From: Campylobacterota bacterium
GTDB lineage: Bacteria; Campylobacterota; Campylobacteria; Campylobacterales; JAADDG01
Length of the DNA stretch: 12,024 nt
Reading direction: 5' to 3'
NCBI GenBank assembly: GCA_013154075.1
Contig: JAADDG010000137.1
Location: forward strand, 1-12,024
Positions within the stretch are counted from its first letter, which is position 1; each line of letters opens with the position of its first letter. The notes under the pieces are model-generated. The model was not told where the DNA came from. It was given only the letters and a program-made list of their open reading frames with translations, and searched no databases. The translations under genes were made by a program, and so were the position numbers. Shown here one piece after another: positions 1-7,715 of this stretch.

Positions 1-899
1 TGAATTCGGCCGTTTTTACGGATGGGACGTTTGTCTATGTGCCTAAAGGAGTTAGATGTCCTTTGGAGCTTTCTACATATTTTAGAATCAACGCTCAAAA
101 TACGGGACAGTTTGAGAGAACTTTGATAGTAGCGGACGAGGGAAGCTATGTAAGCTACAACGAAGGATGTTCCGCTCCTACGAGAGACGAAAATCAGTTG
201 CATGCGGCCGTTGTGGAGCTTGTGGCACTGAAGGACGCTCATATCAAATACTCCACGATTCAAAACTGGTATCCGGGAGATGAAAACGGAGTAGGGGGAA
301 TTTATAATTTCGTTACCAAAAGAGGACTTTGCAAAGGAGATAACTCCAAGATATCTTGGACTCAGGTGGAGACCGGTTCGGCTATCACTTGGAAATATCC
401 AAGCTGCGTTTTAAAGGGTGATAATTCGGTAGGAGAGTTTTATTCCGTAGCCATTACCACCAAAGCACAACAGGCCGATACAGGAACGAAGATGATCCAT
501 ATAGGCAAAAATACCTCTTCCACGATCATTTCAAAAGGTATTTCGGCTATGAAGGGGCAAAACAGCTATAGAGGTCTTGTCAAGATTCAATCAAGTGCGG
601 AGGGTGCGAGAAACTATAGCGAGTGCGATTCTTTGCTGATAGGAGATAAGTGCGGCGCTCATACTTTCCCTTATCTTGAGAGCAAAAACGCCTCCGCTCA
701 GATAGAGCATGAAGCCACTACCTCCAAAATAAGCGACGAGCAGCTTTTTTATCTAAGACAAAGAGGTATAAGCGAAGAGGATGCAGTAAGTATGATAGTA
801 CACGGATTTTGTAAAGAGGTTTTGGGGCATTTGCCTATGGAGTTTGCGGCTGAAGCGAAAGATCTACTTAATTTAACATTGGAAGGAAGTGTAGGATGA
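1..899 (+). CDS. sufB: Fe-S cluster assembly protein SufB, C-terminal part (5' end lies outside the window; in-frame from nt 3)
   Basis: The frame is open from the window edge (…[31 protein letters not shown]…), typical of SufB. The C-terminal [13 protein letters not shown]…HGF block is shared with the paralogous SufD encoded downstream. The stop overlaps the sufC start (ATGA). Confidence 0.85.
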   Translation, partial: NSAVFTDGTFVYVPKGVRCPLELSTYFRINAQNTGQFERTLIVADEGSYVSYNEGCSAPTRDENQLHAAVVELVALKDAHIKYSTIQNWYPGDENGVGGIYNFVTKRGLCKGDNSKISWTQVETGSAITWKYPSCVLKGDNSVGEFYSVAITTKAQQADTGTKMIHIGKNTSSTIISKGISAMKGQNSYRGLVKIQSSAEGARNYSECDSLLIGDKCGAHTFPYLESKNASAQIEHEATTSKISDEQLFYLRQRGISEEDAVSMIVHGFCKEVLGHLPMEFAAEAKDLLNLTLEGSVG

Positions 900-1645
900 T
901 GATGGAGATTAAAAATCTAAGAAGTAAAATAGGTGACAAAGAGATTCTAAAAGGATTGAATCTAAATCTTGAAAAAGGCAAAGTCCATGCGATAATGGGA
1001 CCAAACGGGGCCGGTAAATCGACTCTGTCAAAAACGATAGTGGGTCACTACGAGGTGGAGGTAACAGAGGGGGATATTCTCTATAAAGGCGAGAGTATTG
1101 TGGATATGGAGCCGGAAGATAGAGCTCTTAGAGGTATTTTTATGAGTTTTCAAAATCCGGTGGAGGTTCCCGGTGTAACTAACGCTTATTTTCTAAGAAC
1201 GGCGGTGAATGCAAAAAGAGAGTTTGAGGGCAAAGAGCCTCTAAATCCGGCCGAGTTTTTGAAAAAAGCCAGAGAGTATGCGAACTTCTTGGGAATGAAG
1301 CCGGAGATGCTAAATAGAAGTCTGAATGTCGGCTTTTCGGGAGGAGAGAAAAAGAGAAACGAGATTTTGCAGATGCTTATGCTTGAGCCTGATCTTATAA
1401 TATTGGACGAGATAGATTCGGGGCTTGATATAGACGCTTTAAAGGCTGTAAGTGAAGGAATCAACAAAATTAAATCCGAAGATAGAACGTTTTTGATAAT
1501 CACACACTATAGCAGAATTTTAGATTATGTAAATCCCGACTATATTCACGTTTTGCAGGATGGAAAGATAGTAAAAACGGGAGATTACTCTTTGGTTAAA
1601 GTTTTAGAGCAAGAGGGATATAAGGCTATCGAGGAAGAGAGATGA
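896..1645 (+). CDS. sufC: Fe-S cluster assembly ATPase SufC (ABC-type)
   Basis: 249 aa. Walker [13 protein letters not shown] signature [12 protein letters not shown], Walker [14 protein letters not shown]-loop IITHY. The size and the position after sufB are typical of SufC. There is a 4-nt overlap with both neighbours. Confidence 0.9.
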   Translation: MMMEIKNLRSKIGDKEILKGLNLNLEKGKVHAIMGPNGAGKSTLSKTIVGHYEVEVTEGDILYKGESIVDMEPEDRALRGIFMSFQNPVEVPGVTNAYFLRTAVNAKREFEGKEPLNPAEFLKKAREYANFLGMKPEMLNRSLNVGFSGGEKKRNEILQMLMLEPDLIILDEIDSGLDIDALKAVSEGINKIKSEDRTFLIITHYSRILDYVNPDYIHVLQDGKIVKTGDYSLVKVLEQEGYKAIEEER

Positions 1646-2826
1646 GCGAATTGATTCTTTCTAAAACGGATTTGGAGGGGCTTTTTGCGTTTTGCGAAAA
1701 TGATGCTTTGAAAGCCAAAGCGGCTCTTAGGCTCTCTAAACTGAAACTTCCCGGTAAAAAGACGGAGCATTACAGATATTTTTCGATAGATAGGATTTTG
1801 TCAAAGAGCTACACTCTTTTTAAACCCTATATAGCCGAGATAAAAGAGAGCGAAGATGTGGTGATAGAAAACGGAGTTTTGCTCTCTAAGCCGAAAAATT
1901 TGGAAATCTCTTTGTGTGATTCTGATTTTGTGGATGATGAGCATTTCGATAATGTATATTATGTAAATCATCTGCTTTCTAAGAAAGCTATAAAGCTGGA
2001 TATAAAAGAGAGTATGTCTCTAAAGATCAGACACATTTTCAATAAAGAGAACTCTTTGATCCCTTATAGAATTTTTATAAACGTAGATAGCGGAGTGGAG
2101 TTTGAACTTTATGAGGTTTTTGAGGGAGAGGAGGCTAAAGAGTCTCTTGTTTTTTACGGACTTGATGTAAATGTGGGAGAGAGAGATAGATTCGATTGGA
2201 TTAGGGTTCAAGATATAGAAACTCCTTCTTATTCGATGATAGCTTCTCATAGAGTTTTTGTAAAAGATGGCGGAAAATTCGATATAAAGAGTTTCGATAT
2301 CGGAGAAGGGCATATCGCTCACAATTTGAAAGCCGATTTGATGAGGGGCTCAAATGCAAATGCGAAACATCTAATCTATACCGATAAAAACGCCATCAGA
2401 GCCAATATCACTCAGCTTGTGCACAAAGAAGTGGAAGTGGAAGTTTCTCAAGATGCAAGGCATGTTTTGAAAGATAACTCCACGGCTATTTTCGATGCTA
2501 TAGTGAAAATAGAAAAAGATGCCAAAAAAGCTATCGCCCACCAAAACAACAGATCTATTTTGCTAAATGATAAAGCCTATATGGTTTCGAAACCTCAGCT
2601 TGAGATTTATACCGACGAGCTTGAGGCAAGTCACGGCTCTACTACGGGAACGATCGAAGAAGAGGAGATCTTTTATATGAGATCGAGAGGAATAGATAGA
2701 AAAAAGGCCAGAAAGATGATAATTTTCGGCTTTATGAAAGAGCTTATAGATAGTGTGGAAGATGAGAGAATAAAAGAGGATATTTTGGAGAGATTCGAGA
2801 GAATTTACGAGAGGGATGACATATGA
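1642..2826 (+). CDS. sufD: Fe-S cluster assembly protein SufD (SufB/SufD family)
   Basis: 394 aa. The C-terminal block EEEIFYMRSRGIDRKKARKMIIFGF parallels the SufB C-terminus in this same window ([24 protein letters not shown]). It is translationally coupled on both sides (ATGA overlaps). Confidence 0.8.
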   Translation: MSELILSKTDLEGLFAFCENDALKAKAALRLSKLKLPGKKTEHYRYFSIDRILSKSYTLFKPYIAEIKESEDVVIENGVLLSKPKNLEISLCDSDFVDDEHFDNVYYVNHLLSKKAIKLDIKESMSLKIRHIFNKENSLIPYRIFINVDSGVEFELYEVFEGEEAKESLVFYGLDVNVGERDRFDWIRVQDIETPSYSMIASHRVFVKDGGKFDIKSFDIGEGHIAHNLKADLMRGSNANAKHLIYTDKNAIRANITQLVHKEVEVEVSQDARHVLKDNSTAIFDAIVKIEKDAKKAIAHQNNRSILLNDKAYMVSKPQLEIYTDELEASHGSTTGTIEEEEIFYMRSRGIDRKKARKMIIFGFMKELIDSVEDERIKEDILERFERIYERDDI

Positions 2827-3245
2827 CGATGCAAGAGCAGCTTGAGGCTTATAAAGAGGATTTCGAGCTTTTGGGAGATAAGGACGCTATCGTAGAGTAT
2901 ATTTTGGATATGGGCAGACAAAACGATATGACGCTAAGTCCTGAAGAGAAAAACGACAAGACTCTTATTAAGGGCTGCTCCTCTCCCGCTTGGATGGTTG
3001 AAGAGTGCAAAGACGGGAAGGTGCATTTTAGAGTGGAGGGAAGCTCCTCTTTGGCAAAAGGAATGATCCCGCTTTTACTGAAGATTTTTAATGATAGAAC
3101 GCCAGATGAGATTTTGTCTTTCGATCCTAATGAACTTTATTCTCTTGGATTCGATAAGATTCTATCGCCTACGAGACTTCAAAGTATGGAAGCTTTTTTG
3201 AAAAGAATTTATGATTTTGCGAAAAAATGTAAGGAGAACGGTTGA
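2823..3245 (+). CDS. sufE: SufE-like sulfur acceptor protein
   Basis: 140 aa. It has the KGCSSPAWM motif, matching the conserved Cys-containing GC(Q)S(Q)VW motif of SufE. Size and operon context are consistent with SufE. Confidence 0.7.
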   Translation: MTMQEQLEAYKEDFELLGDKDAIVEYILDMGRQNDMTLSPEEKNDKTLIKGCSSPAWMVEECKDGKVHFRVEGSSSLAKGMIPLLLKIFNDRTPDEILSFDPNELYSLGFDKILSPTRLQSMEAFLKRIYDFAKKCKENG

Positions 3246-3565
3246 TGGATTTGGAAAAAATAAAAGAGCAGCTTATAGAGAGGCTTAAACATATTTATGA
3301 TCCGGAGATCCCTGTAAATATTTACGATTTGGGACTGATTTACAACATTGATTGCAAAGAGGGCAAAGAGGGAGCTATCTGCGATATCGATATGACGCTT
3401 ACGTCAGCTTTCTGTCCCGCCGCCGAATCCATCGTGGAGCTTGTGAAAAATCTAAAAAACGTCATAGACGGAATAGAAGAGATAAATGTAAATCTCGTTT
3501 TCGACCCGCCTTGGGATCAAAGTAAAATGAGCGACGAGGCTAAACTGCAGCTTGGTATATTGTAA
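3242..3565 (+). CDS. DUF59 / SufT-like (MIP18 family) Fe-S cluster assembly protein
   Basis: 107 aa with the signature YDPEIPVNIYDLGLIY typical of DUF59/PaaD-like FeS assembly proteins. The start may be TTG 3242 or ATG 3245. It is the last gene of the operon. Confidence 0.7.
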   Translation: MMDLEKIKEQLIERLKHIYDPEIPVNIYDLGLIYNIDCKEGKEGAICDIDMTLTSAFCPAAESIVELVKNLKNVIDGIEEINVNLVFDPPWDQSKMSDEAKLQLGIL

Positions 3566-3572
3566 ACTTTAA

Positions 3573-3597
3573 AAGGCGGATCTTTCCGCTTTTTATT
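3573..3597. terminator. Bidirectional rho-independent terminator between the convergent suf operon and yoeB
   Basis: Stem GGCGGA (3575-3580), loop TCTT, stem TCCGC (3585-3589). It is followed by TTTTTATT on the + strand and by TTTT on the - strand. It sits between stop codons at 3565 (+) and 3593 (-). Confidence 0.55.
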
Positions 3598-3859
3598 CAT
3601 AATGTGTCCACATTCTGATAATTTTTACCGTTTTTATATCATCTAAGATTTCATATATCAATCTATGTTGGATGTTTATTCGTCTTGAGTAAGCTCTGTT
3701 TAGATCACCTACCAATTTTTCATATCTTGGAGGTGTTTGATAAGGATCGTTTTCCAAAATTTTCAATAGCTTTTTTACTTGTTCTTTTAGATTGGAATTG
3801 GCTATCTTTTTACTATCTTTTATTGCTTGCTTTGTATATACCAGTTTCCATTTTACCAT
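3593..3859 (-). CDS. yoeB: YoeB/Txe-family type II toxin (ribosome-dependent mRNA interferase)
   Basis: 88 aa. The YSRRINIQHRLIY block and the C-terminal …THYE align with E. coli YoeB …WSRRITEEHRLVY…RYHY, including the terminal His-Tyr catalytic pair. It overlaps the upstream antitoxin gene by 7 nt. Confidence 0.85.
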   Translation of the reverse strand: MVKWKLVYTKQAIKDSKKIANSNLKEQVKKLLKILENDPYQTPPRYEKLVGDLNRAYSRRINIQHRLIYEILDDIKTVKIIRMWTHYE

Positions 3860-4101
3860 GGTAATTCTGTTTCACACTCTTCAACGGGAGTATTTAACCC
3901 TTCTATAATGGATTCTTTCATATTCGGTATGGAAGTTAAATAAAGAGTTTCTTGTATGGCATTCCAATCATCCAATGATAGTAAGACCGCATCGTTTTTT
4001 TTACCTTTGATAATAATAGGATAGTGTTCTTTATTTATTTCTTCCACTATCTTAAAGATATTAGCTCTTGCTTGTGAAATAGGTATAATTTTAGTAGTCA
4101 T
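3853..4101 (-). CDS. yefM: YefM/Phd-family antitoxin
   Basis: 82 aa. The N-terminus ISQARANIFKIVEE…PIIIKGKKNDAVLLSLDDWNAIQETLYL parallels E. coli YefM ISYSEARQNL…[29 protein letters not shown]. It lies upstream of and overlapping the toxin gene. Confidence 0.85.
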   Translation of the reverse strand: MTTKIIPISQARANIFKIVEEINKEHYPIIIKGKKNDAVLLSLDDWNAIQETLYLTSIPNMKESIIEGLNTPVEECETELPW

Positions 4102-4152
4102 TATAAAATCCTTTTTGTTTCAATTGTACAATAAAATGTACAACTTGTCAAA
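4102..4152 (-). promoter_or_regulatory. yefM-yoeB promoter with TGTACA operator repeats
   Basis: On the - strand: TTGACA, then a 17-nt spacer AGTTGTACATTTTATTG, then TACAAT, then AAAGGA, 7 nt, ATG. Two perfect TGTACA hexads (4125-4130, 4137-4142) lie 12 bp centre-to-centre, with a degenerate TGTCA at 4146-4150. This matches the known YefM-YoeB operator core. Confidence 0.6.
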
Positions 4153-5490
4153 TTATATAATCTTTGTAATATCGTATACGAATATATTTATACCGGCAAA
4201 TACCAATAATTTCGTACCGTCTTTTGTGATAATTATATTTTTGATCGGATTATTTGCATTCGGTTTGATTATTGATGTATAGAAGTTTCCAAAATAGTCT
4301 TTGGGGTTGTAAAGTTTATCCGTTTGGTTTTCTTTTGATGGCAAAAGTGTTTTGAGGCGTTTGAATCCTATGGCGTTTTTGTTGGCTATAAAGATTATAT
4401 ATTTGCCGTTTGGAGTGAATTTTATGTTTTCTATTCTTTTATAAAAGTTGTGCCATTTTGTTTGGTAATTAAACACATTGATTTTATGTTCGTTTTTATA
4501 AAGTATAAGATAGTGAGAGAGCGCTTTTAATAGTGTTAGATTTTCAAAAAATGTAATATCGCTCAATACATACATATCTGTTTTTATTTTTTTAATTTTG
4601 AAACTATGTATATCTATCTTCAAGAAATAATCTTTTAGCGATCCTAAAAGAAGATATAGATTATCTTTATAAAGTTTTAGATCTCTAATGGTCGTATTTA
4701 TGGGTATTGTTGCTATTTCGCGGGGTTTTTTGGGATTTTTGATATCGATAACGGCTAATGAGGTTCTTTTTGCATTTTTATCGTATTTTGTGATAAAGAG
4801 TTTATTTAAATCTTTTGATATAGCCATCTCTCCGTAGTAATTTTTTGAGGATATTTTTCCTAATATGGAGGGTTTTGATCTGTTTGAAATATCGTAGATC
4901 GATATATAATCGTTATCTTTTGTATAAAGATATTTTTTGTCTAAAGAGAGTGCGAAATCGGTGATTTGGTTTAGTGTGATTTTTGATAATACTTTCGATT
5001 TTTTCAAGTTTTTTATATCGGTTATGTAGAGTTCTTGATAGTTGGAGATATAAAAAAGTGTATGAGTATCTTGTAAAAGCGATATTTTGGATACTCTTTT
5101 GCCGGGTAGAGTTACTTTTGCTAAAAGAGGTATGATGCCATTTTTATCAAGATATAAGATATTGTTTTTTTGATTTATACCGTGTGTTTTTACGATCGTA
5201 ACTTTTTTACCATCTTTTGATCTGTAATGTAGAATTTTTTGGTTTGTAAAATTTAAATTTCTGTTTTTTATTCGGATTTTGCCTTTTTCTATATCTATTT
5301 TAGGGCCTTTTTGTATGGCGGTGGTGTGGATAATGCCGTTTTTATCTTTATAAACAGTTGGTTTGATAGGAGAGTTTTTTAGTTTTTTTTTATCGGATTT
5401 GGGTTTGATTCTTGCGGTATTATTGGGGAATTGATATTGATTATTTGACTGCCTATTTGAGCGTTTGTGTTGTCTATTTGGATATAGTTT
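4153..5490 (-). CDS. LVIVD-repeat-like beta-propeller domain; reading frame open from 5490 but no canonical start until TTG 5007; +1-frame continuation of the 5379..5717 ORF
   Basis: My own translation of the - strand: the frame containing the 284-aa ORF stays open upstream to 5490 (…KLKNSPIKPTVYKDKNGIIHTTAIQKGPKIDIEKG…ILYLDKNGIIPLLAKVTLPG…DIKNLKKSKVLSK…). Repeated motifs YISIYDISNRSKPSILGKI and LAVIDIKNPKKPREIATI resemble the LVIVD repeat (…LvIvDvSnPsnP…). Confidence 0.6.
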   Translation of the reverse strand, partial: KLYPNRQHKRSNRQSNNQYQFPNNTARIKPKSDKKKLKNSPIKPTVYKDKNGIIHTTAIQKGPKIDIEKGKIRIKNRNLNFTNQKILHYRSKDGKKVTIVKTHGINQKNNILYLDKNGIIPLLAKVTLPGKRVSKISLLQDTHTLFYISNYQELYITDIKNLKKSKVLSKITLNQITDFALSLDKKYLYTKDNDYISIYDISNRSKPSILGKISSKNYYGEMAISKDLNKLFITKYDKNAKRTSLAVIDIKNPKKPREIATIPINTTIRDLKLYKDNLYLLLGSLKDYFLKIDIHSFKIKKIKTDMYVLSDITFFENLTLLKALSHYLILYKNEHKINVFNYQTKWHNFYKRIENIKFTPNGKYIIFIANKNAIGFKRLKTLLPSKENQTDKLYNPKDYFGNFYTSIIKPNANNPIKNIIITKDGTKLLVFAGINIFVYDITKII

Positions 5491-5717
5491 TTATCTTTTG
5501 TAGAAATAGAGGGTTTAGTATCGTTACTCTCTTTATCTTGTTTTAAAATTAAGGCTGTGGATATTAATAGAATTAAAGCAAGTAGGATTAAAAATATGGT
5601 CTTTTTTTCTATTTTTTTATCTTCTTTTATATATCCGGCTCCGCAATGAGCACAGATAATTTGACCGTTTTCGATTTTGTAGGATCTTGAGCCGCATCCT
5701 TTGCATTCGAAATACAT
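5379..5717 (-). CDS. Zinc-ribbon (CxxC…CxxC) plus single TM helix N-terminal module; terminates immediately after an A9 tract
   Basis: 112 aa. MYFECKGCGSRSYKIENGQIICAHCG is a zinc ribbon; KKTIFLILLALILLISTALIL is a TM helix; a low-complexity S/N/P/I linker follows. The SD GGGAGAGAAG precedes the ATG. The stop TAA sits directly 3' of the A9 tract at 5383-5391. Confidence 0.6.
   Translation of the reverse strand: MYFECKGCGSRSYKIENGQIICAHCGAGYIKEDKKIEKKTIFLILLALILLISTALILKQDKESNDTKPSISTKDKNYIQIDNTNAQIGSQIININSPIIPQESNPNPIKKN
5383..5391 (-). repeat. A9 homopolymer (coding strand) at the junction of two reading frames of one gene
   Basis: T9 on the + strand at 5383-5391. With 10 A the 5379..5717 ORF fuses in frame to the 4153..5490 frame, giving a protein of about 521 aa. 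Confidence 0.7.
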
Positions 5718-5729
5718 CTTCTCTCCCTG

Positions 5730-5750
5730 CGATTTATTCTACATAAATCG
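5730..5750. repeat. 8-bp inverted repeat (CGATTTAT, loop TCTAC, ATAAATCG) in the trmA / Zn-ribbon-gene intergenic region
   Basis: Seen directly. It lies about 13 nt upstream of the SD/ATG of the 5717 gene on the - strand. There is no T-run, so it is not a typical intrinsic terminator. Confidence 0.4.
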
Positions 5751-5780
5751 ACATATGGAAGAGATATTAAACTTATGATT

Positions 5781-6887
5781 TTATTTCTTTAGCAGCACTC
5801 CGCACTCTATATGCTCGGTGTAGGGAAATTGATCGAAAATTGCAAATCTTTCTATTTTGAAGTGTTTATGTAAGTCTAAAAGATCTCTTTTTAGCGTTTG
5901 CGGGTTGCAAGAGATGTAGATTATGTTGTTGAATTTTTTTATGAAATCTCTTGTTTTATCGTCAAGTCCCGCTCTTGGAGGATCTATAAAGACGGTGGAA
6001 AAATCGTAGGAGTTTAGATCTATATCTTTCAATCTTCTAAACTCTCTCTCTCCCTCCAAAGCTCTCGATAGCTCTTCGCTACTTAATCTAACGAAAGATA
6101 TGTTGTGGGCTTTATTTAGCTCTTTGTTGAAAATTGCCGATTTGATGGAGGTTTTCGAAATCTCGGTGGCCAAAACTTTATCGAAATTTTCGCTAAGGGG
6201 GATGGTGAAGTTTCCGTGTCCGCAATAAAGTTCCAAAAGATCCCCTTTTAAATCTCTCGAATGCTCTTTGGCCCACGATATCATTTGAGTGTTGATGTAG
6301 GAGTTTGGTTGAGTAAAGGAGTTTTCAAGGTATCTGTATTTGTATTTTTTATCTCCTATCTTTAACTCTTCCTCTACATAATCTTTATCTATTACGATTT
6401 TTACTTTTCTGCTTCTGCCTACTATTTTCATATCGAGTTTTTCGGAGAGTCTTTTTGCTTCATCCTCCCACTCTTTGCCTATTTTTTTGTGATAGATTAG
6501 AGTAGTTAGGAGATCTTTTTTGCTTGTGGAGAGAAATTCTACGCTAAATAGCCTCTCTTTTAGGATAGGATTTTTCTCTATCTCAATTTTTAGAGCTTTC
6601 ATGGCTCCGTCTATCATGGGATTTACTATTTTGCACTCTTTTATAGAAAGCAGTTTTTTCGATCCCGTGATCTCGTACATCGCATAGGATATCGAGTTTT
6701 TGGAATGGATGATTCTAAATTCGGCTCTATCTCTAAAAGAGCTCTCTTTTGAGGCAAACAGATCGAAATCGTTTATAAACTCTTTGAAACTCTCTTTGAT
6801 TCTCTCGCTTTTTAATTCCAGCTGCTCTTTGTAAGTGAGGTTGTGAAGCGTGCAGCTGCCGCATTTTGAAAAATATATACATCTCAT
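5781..6887 (-). CDS. trmA: tRNA/rRNA (uracil-5)-methyltransferase, TrmA family
   Basis: 368 aa. Motifs DRAEFRI, VFIDPPRAGLD, YISCNPQTL and the C-terminal ERFAIFDQFPYTEHIECGVLL are near-identical to E. coli TrmA (…ISCNPETL…[21 protein letters not shown]). The start ATG overlaps the fliP stop (ATGA). Confidence 0.85.
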   Translation of the reverse strand: MRCIYFSKCGSCTLHNLTYKEQLELKSERIKESFKEFINDFDLFASKESSFRDRAEFRIIHSKNSISYAMYEITGSKKLLSIKECKIVNPMIDGAMKALKIEIEKNPILKERLFSVEFLSTSKKDLLTTLIYHKKIGKEWEDEAKRLSEKLDMKIVGRSRKVKIVIDKDYVEEELKIGDKKYKYRYLENSFTQPNSYINTQMISWAKEHSRDLKGDLLELYCGHGNFTIPLSENFDKVLATEISKTSIKSAIFNKELNKAHNISFVRLSSEELSRALEGEREFRRLKDIDLNSYDFSTVFIDPPRAGLDDKTRDFIKKFNNIIYISCNPQTLKRDLLDLHKHFKIERFAIFDQFPYTEHIECGVLLKK

Positions 6888-7630
6888 TTAAAACTCTCCA
6901 CAAGATTTCCTACAAGCAGATTCCATCCGTCTACCAGGACGAAAAGTAGCAGTTTGAAAGGCAGACTTATCATAACTGGAGGAAGCATCATCATACCCAT
7001 ACTCATCAAAACCGAGCTTACCACCATATCCACTATAAGAAAGGGCAGATATATCAAAAATCCTATCTCAAAAGCCGTTTTAAGCTCGCTTATCATAAAT
7101 GCCGGTATGGCTATGGTAAGAGGAACGTCTTTGATATTTTTGGGATTTGGAAGTTTTCTTATTCTAAAAAAGAGGGCAAGATCCTTCTCTCTTGTATTTC
7201 TTATCATAAACTTTTTAAAAGGCTCCACACCTATCTCGAAAGCCTTCTCATAGCCTATCTTTTTGTTCATATAGGGAACTATCGCTTCGTCATAAGCCTT
7301 TTTGGCTACAGGCTCCATAATAAAAAACGTTAAAACCAAAGCCAGGGATACAAGAAGTTGGGAAGGAGGCATCTGCTGTGTGCCAAGAGCGCTTCTTAAA
7401 AAGGAAAAGACTACTATTAGTCTTAGAAAGCTTGTCATCACCAAAACAAGAGATGGAGCCAAAACCAGCAGGGTTAAAACGATGATGAGATTTAGGCTCG
7501 TTACCAGATCTTTGGGTTCGTTCGGTGCCGAGAGAGATAGATTTACGGTAGGGATAGTGACCGTATCGGCTGCAAAAAGGGATAGGGATAAAGATATTAA
7601 AATAGTTGTTATGAAAAGATATTTTTTTAT
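6884..7630 (-). CDS. fliP: Flagellar type III export apparatus protein FliP (start codon uncertain; proposed non-canonical ATA at 7630)
   Basis: The ORF-track fragment (from TTG 7462) carries the FliP core MTSFLRLIVVFSFLRSALGTQQMPPSQ…MGMMMLPPVMISLPFKLLLFVLVDGWN. In-frame upstream sequence, back to the TGA at 7679-7681, encodes KKYLFITTILISLSLSLFAADTVTIPTVNLSLSAP…, a signal peptide plus the conserved FliP N-region. It is preceded by AAAGGGAGG but contains no ATG/GTG/TTG. Confidence 0.8.
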   Translation of the reverse strand: MKKYLFITTILISLSLSLFAADTVTIPTVNLSLSAPNEPKDLVTSLNLIIVLTLLVLAPSLVLVMTSFLRLIVVFSFLRSALGTQQMPPSQLLVSLALVLTFFIMEPVAKKAYDEAIVPYMNKKIGYEKAFEIGVEPFKKFMIRNTREKDLALFFRIRKLPNPKNIKDVPLTIAIPAFMISELKTAFEIGFLIYLPFLIVDMVVSSVLMSMGMMMLPPVMISLPFKLLLFVLVDGWNLLVGNLVESFK

Positions 7631-7715
7631 CTTACGCCTCCCTTTGGAAAAATATTTTAGACTATAACAAATATCTACTCAAAGATAGATTAATTTTCCA
7701 AAGGAAGAGACAAAA

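Noticed and set aside
3-8. GAATTC (EcoRI site) at the very start of the window
   Set aside because: It is probably incidental or a cloning/fragment boundary. It carries no biological signal.
1186-2322. Minus-strand ORFs 1186..1503, 1585..1770 and 2020..2322, antisense within sufC/sufD
   Set aside because: They lie entirely inside well-supported, motif-bearing genes on the opposite strand. They are low-complexity translations with no RBS, so they are ORF-finder artefacts.
6954-7667. Plus-strand ORFs 6954..7253 and 7302..7667 opposite fliP
   Set aside because: Antisense to the conserved FliP coding sequence. Hydrophobic mirror-image translations are typical of spurious antisense ORFs in membrane-protein genes.
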